NCBI GenBank assembly: GCA_024704765.1
Contig: JAKMXF010000318.1
Coordinates: 124,001-188,000 of the forward strand
Source: Oopsacas minuta
Lineage: Eukaryota > Animalia > Porifera
Reading direction: 5' to 3'
Length of the DNA stretch: 64,000 nucleotides
Each line of letters begins with the position of its first letter. Position 1 is the first letter of the stretch. The notes under the pieces are model-generated. The model saw only the letters and a list, made by a program, of their open reading frames with translations, made no database searches and was not told the DNA's origin. The translations under genes were made by a program, and so were the position numbers. Positions 25,001 through 33,978 of the stretch are shown here, piece by piece.

Positions 25001-26295
25001 GAGTATTATCAAATTCTGCGATTCAATCAGGCTATATTAAAATAGCAGATCTCTCATTCAACCTAGCATCTACACTAATTATTCCCTCCATTAGTATTCA
25101 GTCTCATTCTTTAGTTAAACTGGATGACGTCATACAGACAGATAGTACTAATCTTATTGGAGATATAAACAGTGATAATGAGATAGACATAGGAGATTTG
25201 TTGATTTTATCTCATAATATATCTGAACATCACCTTACTGGCGACAACATAGAGTTAAATATGAATGACGTCACTGCAGATGGTGTGGTTAACTTCGAAG
25301 ATTTTCGTCGATTATTTTCCTCGCATTTCGGTGTTTTACCTTTACCAGTTTTATATGAAACCTTCAATTCCACTAACGCATGCCATCTCTCTATCAGAGT
25401 TGAGTTATCAGACATACAACACTCTCCTTACACACAATTCGATACAGTTAAAGTATATATGGGATTATTCACTACATCTGATCTATCTGATTACACTAAT
25501 TGGGAATTGAGTATAGGTTCATTCGTATCTCAAACTTATACTGGTGGAATCAGCTTAATTGTATTTGAAGCGAGTCCTGAATCAAATACATCTCTCTATA
25601 CCGTCAGTACTGATCTATTTCTCCCGATTTCTATCACTACACAAGTATTTATCTACTTACGTTCCTCACGGTCTCTTCCTCCTATTTCCAGCTTATTTTC
25701 TATACAAGATCATAGTAGTTATTCAGAACCTATATCTACTGGTGGTATTACTTTATTGACACCAGATGGTGATCTACTGCCTCTCCCATCCAAGCTACAC
25801 GGTTTAGACACTATACGTGATGAGTGTAGTAGTGATCCTACTGTATCACCTATAGTAAGGATACTTCTAATTGCAGGGACACCTTCATTAGCCTTCATTA
25901 TCATTATTCTAATTATCGTATTTACGATATTACTTATCGTTTGTTTGGTTTATAAGAAGAAGAATGTAGCCAAAGTGAAGATACAAAATATAGAGGATGC
26001 GGAGAAAGAGACCTTACGTGAGTCGGTTGATTCTGAACATCAGTTATACCGTGGTTTGACCTATTACCCTGATCCGTCAGAGGCACACGCTCTCTCTCGT
26101 TCACCTTCTTCTTTTAAGAACACTACATACGAGAATCCTGTTGGTATATCAGGGCATTTCCTGTCTGATCCTGATGATACTGCTTCTGGTGAGTATATAG
26201 ACGGTAGTCTGAATATATCTCATAAAGTTAGCTCTACTTCTGGAGTACATCCTCTGATACAGGAATCTCTGCCTGGTACACCTAAAAAGAACTAA
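1006..26295 (+). CDS. Giant type I membrane protein (~8,290 aa): fibrocystin-L ectodomain + 4 Ig-like repeats + ~20-22 cadherin repeats + cohesin/TMEM132-like region + dockerin + TM + short tail
   Basis: Exon model 1006-1279, 1574-15640, 15754-26295. Intron 1280-1573 is GTAAGT..ATGTAG. Intron 15641-15753 is GTAAGT..TTTTAG and restores the cadherin motif ITG|RLDYE. The signal peptide is MYFLFIIFLTLLISGLHG. Joining the ORFs needs removal of 1 nt near 20430; the total is then 24,882 nt = 8,293 aa + stop. There is a single TM (ILLIAG...IVCLVYKKK) near 25860-25960. Confidence 0.8.
14750..21820 (+). other. Cadherin repeat array (~20 clear repeats plus ~2 degenerate)
   Basis: Recurrent PE/xE, A-x-D-x-D, LDRE/LDYE and D-x-N-D-N-x-P-x-F motifs at ~105-110 aa spacing across ORFs 1543, 15819 and 20428. 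Confidence 0.95.
24750..25335 (+). other. Cohesin-like domain followed immediately by a type I dockerin-like domain
   Basis: The dockerin shows two duplicated Ca-binding loops, GDINSDNEIDIGD and NDVTADGVVNFED, each followed by a helix (25153-25335). The preceding beta-rich segment (YTIPLYFHF...FDILIQFNTDELTF...KIADLSF) fits a cohesin fold. An earlier cohesin-like segment lies at ~22320-22700. Confidence 0.7.
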
Positions 26296-26459
26296 TAAAT
26301 AGCAAAATACATTAGTTTACTGTAGGACTTACTTTTACGAATCTTTTTACTTTTTACTACTTCGATAATTATTTATTTATTTCCCTCTTTCTCTATCGTA
26401 TTCTATATACTGAATGTTTACAAAATTGGCTATTTTGCTTGTAGAACTTTCAATTAGAA

Positions 26460-28745
26460 ATGTCAAGTAGCCGTCTTCTACGTCACATAGCAACGTCATC
26501 AACATGCTCAGATGAATTGTTACATAAAGAATTATTGGATTCTGCAGCTAAAGGGAAATTTCCATTATTTAAGTCTCAACTAACATCTTTACTAAAGAAG
26601 ACACATCCAAAGGATATATTCCAGCCTAAGGGCAATAAGGGATCTCCGTTAATTCTAGCTGCTCAGAAAGGTCAAAATAAGATAGTAAGCTATATTCTCA
26701 AGAATTTTCTAGAAGTTTTGGATCTCGAATACACGATGACAGTCAAATCTGATTTCACAGGACATGAGATTAGAGGGGCAACAGCCTTATGGTGTGCTGC
26801 ATTAGGTATAAACTTCAAGTATTAGTTATTTACCTTTGTTTACTTCTGTTTTCTTATAGGTGGTAATGTCAATATTGTAAGAGAACTTATAGAAGCCGGT
26901 GCGAATATTAACCACTCAAATGCAACGAATTCTACTCCGCTTAGAGCCGCGTCTTATCATAATAGAGAGGAGGTTATAATGTGTCTGTTAAATAAGGGAG
27001 CTGATATTAGTATAGCTAATCAAGTGGGACAGGCTCCTGTTATGATAGCTGTATTGAGAGAGAATGAAGATGCTCTTAGATTACTCGGTAAGTAATATGT
27101 AGAAAATTTACAGTAGGAATATTTATACGAATTCTATACGTACAGTTAATTCACGTTATATCGAACACGGATATATCGCAATACCCGCTTATATCGATAT
27201 GTGATATTTTACAAATATTGTCCCGAACCGTCAAAGCAACATAAATTACGCCAGTCATATCGAAGAAATTATCACGATCCCTTGGCTTCGAATATTGGGA
27301 GTTGACTGTATTATACTTTAATATTAGTTACCATTTATTTGTATACAGTTACTTATGGCAAAGCCGATCTCGGTCAGACAACAGCTGCAGGAATAGACTC
27401 ACTACACATAACAATAGAACGAGAATCCCAGAAGATATTCAATCTATTAGTCCAGCTCGGAGCTAATATAATCTGGCCATGTAGAGCCCAATCGCCATCT
27501 CCTCCTATACCTTACTACACAGTACCAGAGGTGTATCAACCCCCCTGTCATGTATTTGTAGCTGCCAAATGTCACAATGAATATGCAATGGATTATCTCA
27601 GTAAACAGCCAGAATGTACTCCTGAATGTGGAGTTGACATGTGGTTAGTCAGAGGGATAGAGAGAGTCTGGGACTATCCTTCTTCTAAAGTAACTGAAGT
27701 TTGGAGAAGAGCACTTGAACTGAGAGAAAAACACAATTTAGGTTACCCCGGGAAACCAGCTATAGATTTATACGAAGGTGTACAGGAAGTTAGAACATTA
27801 ACGGATATATATACTATTTCACAGAAACAATACCTCATTCAGTGTGTGCTAATTAGCGAGAGAGTATTCGGGCCATTATACTGTACATCTTGTGATCTTA
27901 AGATTCGATTCGCCAACCTTTTGTATAGGGAAGGTTCTATGCATTATTGGAGATGTTGTGAGCTATTGTATCAGCTATTACAAGCTGTTGTAAAGAGAAC
28001 TTGGATGCCAACACAAGCATCTATCAATGAATTTAACGTGCTCTTGCATCAAGTAAATACACTATTGCCAGCGTTCAATACTGATGTTATGACAATGGAA
28101 AGGTTCGCTGCTTATTTCAAGTGTATTTACACAAGGTATGCTATTTTGCTGAAAGGCATAGAAACTAATATGAACGTTTCGTATCATAAGTGTTTGAATC
28201 AGTTATTAGCTTTTCTCGATATTTGGTTGGAGAAATTTCCATCATTCACTACTGTCGACTCTGTTGTTTATAGAAATCCTGTGTTATTGGAAGCACTACA
28301 GCTATTATTTCATCCATTAACGAAAGATGAATCTATTTTCCATTCTATTATGAAATCAAAGTATTTTCTTAAACATGAAAATGTACTCAACGCATTCATT
28401 GCCGTATCTACCCCAGATATGTTAGAGGTATCAGATAAGGACGGTTTAACCGCGTTACATTTCGCGTGTATGTTAGAAACAGTCCCTGATTCTGTTATCC
28501 ACGCGTTAATTCAAGCTGGGTCACATTTAGACTCTGTTACTCCCTCAAATCGAACACCTATAGAATCTTGTATCAGCAAACTTTCTCCACAGTATCTAAC
28601 ACTAAGATCGTATTACCCTTTAAAACTAGCTTGTCTGTCCGCACGGATTATCGTACAGTACCAACTGTCTACAGAAACACTACCTGCGTTTTTTCACACC
28701 TTTATTGACCTTCATCGCACACCACCTCCAAAAATTGACGAATAA
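26460..28745 (+). CDS. FEM1: FEM-1-like ankyrin-repeat E3 ligase substrate receptor (3 exons)
   Basis: Exons 26460-26805, 26860-27087, 27349-28745 are GT-AG and phase-consistent. Ankyrin strings include GATALWCAALGG and NSTPLRAASY. The C-terminus PLKLACLSARII...LP..F..FIDLH is FEM1-typical. Confidence 0.85.
27143..27308. mobile_element. MITE family A copy (pogo/Tigger-like TIR, TA target duplication) in FEM1 intron 2
   Basis: TA-CAGTTAATTCACGTTATATCGAA...TTCGAATATTGGGAGTTGACTG-TA. The internal ATACCCGCTTATAT is shared with the copies at 50869 and 54506. Confidence 0.85.
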
Positions 28746-28954
28746 ATTTCTCTTTCTCTCTCCTCCAGTTAAGCTTGCTGCTTTTGTGTATATTTACTAA
28801 AGAACTTGTGTATAATATTTACTACAGAACTTATGTGTAATATTTCGAAATGCTCTACTATATTTTGTTGTATAATTTTTTGTATTCAAAGGCTATATTT
28901 TGCTATATGATTGAGTCAACTATTTATAGGCATGCAGCGCACTTACAATCTCTG

Positions 28955-28978
28955 GAAGTATATCAGCTGATATACTTC
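28955..28978. repeat. Perfect 24-bp palindrome centred on CAGCTG, ~95 bp upstream of the adhesion GPCR ATG
   Basis: GAAGTATATCAG|CTGATATACTTC is its own reverse complement. Confidence 0.9.
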
Positions 28979-29071
28979 TAGGTGTACTAAAATTGTTTCC
29001 AGATCTCCATAATTATGCAGGTTTTTATAACCAGTGTTCGTATATTAGTTGATTTATATTGGAATCTAAAC

Positions 29072-32000
29072 ATGAGACTCGTTTTGAAGTATTTTCTTAT
29101 ACTTGTACTATCCATCGCATGTCTACAAGTATCAGCTGAATGTGATTTTCCAGATAATTCTACGAAAGACGGTTTTTTAAAAGACTTAGTAATGGAAGAC
29201 TCCCGTACACTGGTAAATTCCTATCACAGCTGTTCAGTAAGAGACCAGAATAATATAACTAAGTATACCTACATTCTCCTAACCTTGGAAATAGAAGTAG
29301 CCGGCGCGGAATACTACGCACGATTGTCTTTAAATTGTAGCGCGAGGATGTGGAAAGTTAATAATATGACTGATACTATTTCTGTACCTGATAACCCTCC
29401 TGTATTTCTAGATTCTTCTTATATGCGTGTAGATTGTTATGAATGTAATCTTAACTTCTCTCCAGTCTCTAGTGATCTGTACGGTTGTATGGAATGTCAT
29501 GATGATTGTCTTAGAGCTGGTGTTAATAACTCATTAGGCTATTGCTACGGACAGTCTGCATCAGAGTGTTGCTCTTATAGTCTCGATGGAATGTGTGTAG
29601 CCATGTGTCCTTTGAACTATGTGTATAATAATGAGTCTGCTTGTGTTTGTGCTCCGAATAGATCAGGTCCTGACTGCTCAAATTGTGATTTAATTTGCCA
29701 GAATGGAACAGCTGAGACAGATTGTAGTGTTTGTAATTGTGATGTTGATTATTTCGGTACTGTATGCGAGAGCCAATACCTTCCTTGCTTGGGTACTCCT
29801 TGTCAAAACGGGGGATTATGTATTGACGGTATAGGAGATAATGTGTATACGTGTGACTGTAATAATATGTGGGAGGGTACCGATTGTGCTACTTGTCCTA
29901 TTGTGTGTCAAAACGGTGGCACACCAAATTCAACTTGTAATGGCTGCAATTGTATAAACTCATGGGGAGGATTTGATTGCTCAGTTTGTGGCATAACCTG
30001 TGAAAATGAAGGCTTTCACAACACGATTTGTACTGGATGTGATTGTGTAGGGAATTGGGGTGGTGGTGACTGCGATACATGTGAATTGTCCAGCTGTTTG
30101 AATAACGGATCTGCCAATTCAACTTGTAATGGCTGCAATTGTATAAACTCATGGGAAGGATTTGATTGCTCAGTTTGTGGCATAACCTGTGAAAACGAAG
30201 GCTTTCACAACACGAGTTGTACTGGATGTGATTGTGTAGGGAATTGGGGTGGTGGTGACTGCGATACATGTGAATTATCCAGCTGTTTGAATGGCGGAAC
30301 TGCTAATTCAACTTGTAATGGCTGCAATTGTATAAACTCATGGGAAGGATTTGATTGCTCAGTTTGTGGCATAACCTGTGAAAACGAAGGCTTTCACAAC
30401 ACGATTTGTACTGGATGTGATTGTGTAGAGTATTGGGAGGATTCTAGTTGTACTACGTGTGGGCTGGACTGCAAACATGGTACTAGTGAATATTCAAATT
30501 GCACTGGGTGTCAATGTCCTCGTACACTGACAGGTGACTTATGCGATCAGGAAGCAGACTTATGTTCTGGTGATCCGTGTGGAATTACTAGCAATTGTAC
30601 TGACCTTACCCACCCAAATACATACGAGTGTGACTGTGATCCAGCGTACATATTAATTGACCAAATATACCCTGTGTGTGTTCTTGATGATGCATGCGAC
30701 CCTAATCCTTGTGACCGTCAATTTTCCATAAATTGTCTTAACGTACCTCCACATGATTATAAGTGTATTTGTGTACCTGATATCACTGCTAAGAACTGCA
30801 GTGAGGTGATTGACAATTGTATACCTGATCCTTGTGTAAATGGACTATGTATGGACGGTAACGCTACATACATATGTGAATGTACAAACTCATTTCAAGG
30901 TATGGATTGTGACGTATGCAACTTGACATGTGGTGTAGGAAGCGTATTGAATAGTGATACATGCGAGTGTGATTTTACGAGGATTCCATGTGGAAGTACT
31001 TCCTGCGACCTGATCACTGAGGTTTGTGACGTAGATCACTGTATTTGTAACAGCCCTGCTTTCGCTGAAGGAATTGAACCTGGGCCTTGTTTTGATAACG
31101 ATGAATGTCTTGGGTTTCCATGTCACGAGGATGCAATCTGTACCAATGCATATGGCAGCTATACTTGTGTGTGTAAACAAGGTTTCATGGGTGATGGCAT
31201 TGACTGTACAGACATAAATGAGTGTAGTTTCTATTACCCAGCATGTGGGCAGTATCCAGCTGTTTGTATGAATATTGTAGGTGGATTTAATTGTGTTTGT
31301 CCTACTGGATATTCCTCGAATAATCTCACACAACCTTCTTACTGCTATACTGAGGATTGTAAGGAGAAAATGTGTGTGGATATCAATGAGTGTGCTACAC
31401 CTGATTTATGCGGAGCGAACCAAAAGTGTGAAAACATTCTAGGTGGATATTTCTGCGAATGTTTACAGGGGTTCTTTCCAACTGGATCAGATTGTACACC
31501 GTCAATAGATGGGCTGAAATGTCCTAGTACGCTTGATGGTACTGGGACTGTATATCCAGATACGCCCATTGGTATAACCATTCGTAAGCAATGCCCTAAT
31601 ACTTTGTATGGGGTAATTTCACGTACTTGTATTCCACCATGTGAGTGCACAGCTGATCAGCCAGTATGGGGATACAGCAATGCAAATGAGTGTGTTAGCC
31701 AAAACTTATTTGAAGAAATTAACCAATTACGGAGGTTGAGTATTAGGGAATTGACGGATGAAAATATCTTAGTGAATGCTATTAATGAAGTTTGGAGGTT
31801 AACTGATGATTCATTTCTATTGGGGAAAGATTTGGAAATTGCTACAATATTTATTCATGAAGTGGAACTTGTTATTCGTGATTGGCCCACTTCCATGTAC
31901 TCCTTGTCCCTCTCTGAGTACGGGACTCTCCTAAATATCGCGGATTATTTGCTGTCAAAAAGCGCAGAGAGTTGGGAAGAAACTGATAATTCTACTGCTA

Positions 32001-33703
32001 ACATTCTTAGCATTATAGACACGATACGAAGGATAGGTAATAGAATCTCTATATCTATATACGATAATTCTGACGTCAGCTATACGTTTCAAGGCAACTC
32101 ATTTTTCTTAAAGCTTATAACCTGGGACGAATATACTACAGACTACTTCGAGAGTTCGTTGTTATTCCCTGAGAACACGAATCACTTCATGACATTACCT
32201 TATATGGAAGTAGGTAGAGTTAGTTTACCAGGGACTCGAACACCCAATGACTGTAAAACTTCACTTCTTCTCTTACAGCTGACTAGCGTTAGTTCACTGT
32301 TAAGCACCGCGGTAACAGGAGGTCTACGTAGAAACCAATGTATAGATACACGTATTCAAACACCAAGAAATACATACCAATTCATTGGTGATTCTATTTC
32401 AATGTCATTGACTCAAGGTATTTGTCAATTCGTTAGTATCACAGATTTCCCTACTGACTCCCCTCTTGTTTTCACTTTACCAAACTCCCCTGATTACCAG
32501 ATTTCTAAAAACATGTTTTTCAATACCAAACTGTTCTCGTTAAATGAGTATTCAAAATCTGACCTAATTCCCTATACACAATCTTGTGAAATACAGACTA
32601 CAGATGATGACGTAATTTCATTTCATTGTACATCTTTTAACCACTATATCCCATTGCTAATATCTCCGGTAGAAGGCCTTTTCCCAACAGCTACGCTAGT
32701 ATTAACCATCGTAATCAAGGTGATACTCGCTTTATCGTCTTTCTGTTGTCTAATTGCGCTAATTTTATTGATTTTCAAAATTTTCCAAATGCGGAAAGGA
32801 TTAGTTTTTGTTCGCTTTAACGTCATCTTTTCAATTATGATTGCCTTCATTGTGTTCTTAGCTGGAATTGACCGTACCGAAATACCATGGGTGTGTAGTA
32901 TTTTCGCAGGTTTAATGCAATATTTCGCGATTTGCACTACTTTATGGTCACTTCTTGACGTCATCAATGTTATCCTAATTGTGACTAGAAAAAATTATTT
33001 CATTTATGATATCATATTCTTCCTAGTGGGTTATTTGGTACCAATTATACCAATTGCATTTTCTGTTGGGTTTAGTCTATGTTCATATATACGTGCTCGT
33101 TTATATTGCTGGCCAAGTAGTGAGACTAATATTAATGTACAGTTTGCTATTTCAGCTCCTCTTTATCTTGCTGTTATTGTACTCATAGTCTTGATTGTAG
33201 TATTGTTGTTTACTTCTTTCAAAGAACGTGCTCATTATAGAGATAGTTCAGCCAAGCGTTTTGTGCGAGACTTAACTGTACAATTATCTTCAATTACTCT
33301 TCCCGTTGTCCTGATTATAACGTGGATCCTGGCTGCTTATGCATTTGATAGAGATGAAGAAAATTTTGGTTCACAAATCTGTTTCATTGTGTCTGCAGGT
33401 ATAACAGGAATTTACTGTTTATTCGCGTACTCAATAGCTAGTAGTGAGAAGTTCCGTTTCTATAGTGATAAAATTGAATCTGATAGCTTGGAACTGCTAA
33501 ACCAGTGTGTCGAACCAAACACGACTACGACAAACATTTCTCGTGCACGACGAGAGAGTATAATTAATCCTATCTACTCAGAAGATAACGAAATGAAACG
33601 AGCATCTACTGGATACTCTAAGACAGCTGTAGATGCACCCATTAAGGAGTTGGAAAATTACATTCGGGAGAGGGAGACTACCTTGATTTCTTCCAGAAAA
33701 TAA
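29072..33703 (+). CDS. Intronless adhesion GPCR (1,543 aa): signal peptide, Cys-rich/furin-like and EGF repeats, HRM, GAIN with degenerate GPS, 7TM
   Basis: Signal peptide MRLVLKYFLILVLSIACLQVSA. Ca-EGF motifs (DINEC...NIVGGFNC). HRM-like LKCP...TIRKQCP...SRTC...W...EC. Seven hydrophobic helices with secretin-class hallmarks (VCSIFAGLMQYF, GYLVPII, CW, PVVLIITWIL). Confidence 0.9.
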   Translation: MRLVLKYFLILVLSIACLQVSAECDFPDNSTKDGFLKDLVMEDSRTLVNSYHSCSVRDQNNITKYTYILLTLEIEVAGAEYYARLSLNCSARMWKVNNMTDTISVPDNPPVFLDSSYMRVDCYECNLNFSPVSSDLYGCMECHDDCLRAGVNNSLGYCYGQSASECCSYSLDGMCVAMCPLNYVYNNESACVCAPNRSGPDCSNCDLICQNGTAETDCSVCNCDVDYFGTVCESQYLPCLGTPCQNGGLCIDGIGDNVYTCDCNNMWEGTDCATCPIVCQNGGTPNSTCNGCNCINSWGGFDCSVCGITCENEGFHNTICTGCDCVGNWGGGDCDTCELSSCLNNGSANSTCNGCNCINSWEGFDCSVCGITCENEGFHNTSCTGCDCVGNWGGGDCDTCELSSCLNGGTANSTCNGCNCINSWEGFDCSVCGITCENEGFHNTICTGCDCVEYWEDSSCTTCGLDCKHGTSEYSNCTGCQCPRTLTGDLCDQEADLCSGDPCGITSNCTDLTHPNTYECDCDPAYILIDQIYPVCVLDDACDPNPCDRQFSINCLNVPPHDYKCICVPDITAKNCSEVIDNCIPDPCVNGLCMDGNATYICECTNSFQGMDCDVCNLTCGVGSVLNSDTCECDFTRIPCGSTSCDLITEVCDVDHCICNSPAFAEGIEPGPCFDNDECLGFPCHEDAICTNAYGSYTCVCKQGFMGDGIDCTDINECSFYYPACGQYPAVCMNIVGGFNCVCPTGYSSNNLTQPSYCYTEDCKEKMCVDINECATPDLCGANQKCENILGGYFCECLQGFFPTGSDCTPSIDGLKCPSTLDGTGTVYPDTPIGITIRKQCPNTLYGVISRTCIPPCECTADQPVWGYSNANECVSQNLFEEINQLRRLSIRELTDENILVNAINEVWRLTDDSFLLGKDLEIATIFIHEVELVIRDWPTSMYSLSLSEYGTLLNIADYLLSKSAESWEETDNSTANILSIIDTIRRIGNRISISIYDNSDVSYTFQGNSFFLKLITWDEYTTDYFESSLLFPENTNHFMTLPYMEVGRVSLPGTRTPNDCKTSLLLLQLTSVSSLLSTAVTGGLRRNQCIDTRIQTPRNTYQFIGDSISMSLTQGICQFVSITDFPTDSPLVFTLPNSPDYQISKNMFFNTKLFSLNEYSKSDLIPYTQSCEIQTTDDDVISFHCTSFNHYIPLLISPVEGLFPTATLVLTIVIKVILALSSFCCLIALILLIFKIFQMRKGLVFVRFNVIFSIMIAFIVFLAGIDRTEIPWVCSIFAGLMQYFAICTTLWSLLDVINVILIVTRKNYFIYDIIFFLVGYLVPIIPIAFSVGFSLCSYIRARLYCWPSSETNINVQFAISAPLYLAVIVLIVLIVVLLFTSFKERAHYRDSSAKRFVRDLTVQLSSITLPVVLIITWILAAYAFDRDEENFGSQICFIVSAGITGIYCLFAYSIASSEKFRFYSDKIESDSLELLNQCVEPNTTTTNISRARRESIINPIYSEDNEMKRASTGYSKTAVDAPIKELENYIRERETTLISSRK
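29927..30430 (+). repeat. Near-identical 189-bp (63 aa) tandem coding repeat, ~2.7 copies
   Basis: Units start at 29927, 30116 and 30305 with AATTCAACTTGTAATGGCTGCAATTGTATAAACTCATGG, and only a few substitutions separate the copies. Confidence 0.95.
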
Positions 33704-33978
33704 TTTACGGATATTTAATCCTATTTTTTCTACAAATGCTAACTATAAGTAGTTATAATTTCGATGTTTATTGATAATATTATATACTTTTCATATTTAT
33801 CCTTTTCATCTTTTATGAATTCTATTTATTTCCTAAAATTGTATCAACACTTATACCAAGATTGCAATCGAATATTTCAATATTTGGTTGGTTAAACCGA
33901 AAAAAATTCGTATTCGTTTCGAGAGGTTTCAACCTTGATGTATCCCACGTAGTGTATTTATCATACAATTTTATAGAT

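Noticed and set aside
24750-25335. Cohesin/dockerin as bacterial contamination or a chimeric contig
   Set aside because: The modules are in frame with metazoan cadherin repeats and a TM, have the same base composition as the flanks, and lie 1 kb from a spliced FEM1-like gene.
20428-26295. ORF 20428 as an independent gene
   Set aside because: It begins mid cadherin repeat and has no signal peptide, and its first residues complete the repeat begun in the upstream ORF.
28788-28845. Two ~27-bp direct repeats (ATATTTACTA.AGAACTT.TGT) downstream of FEM1
   Set aside because: A simple local tandem duplication in AT-rich 3' UTR sequence with no further structure.
29927-30430. Regularly spaced repeats as a CRISPR-like or non-coding array
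   Set aside because: They are contiguous in-frame coding units with no unique spacers, in a eukaryotic gene.
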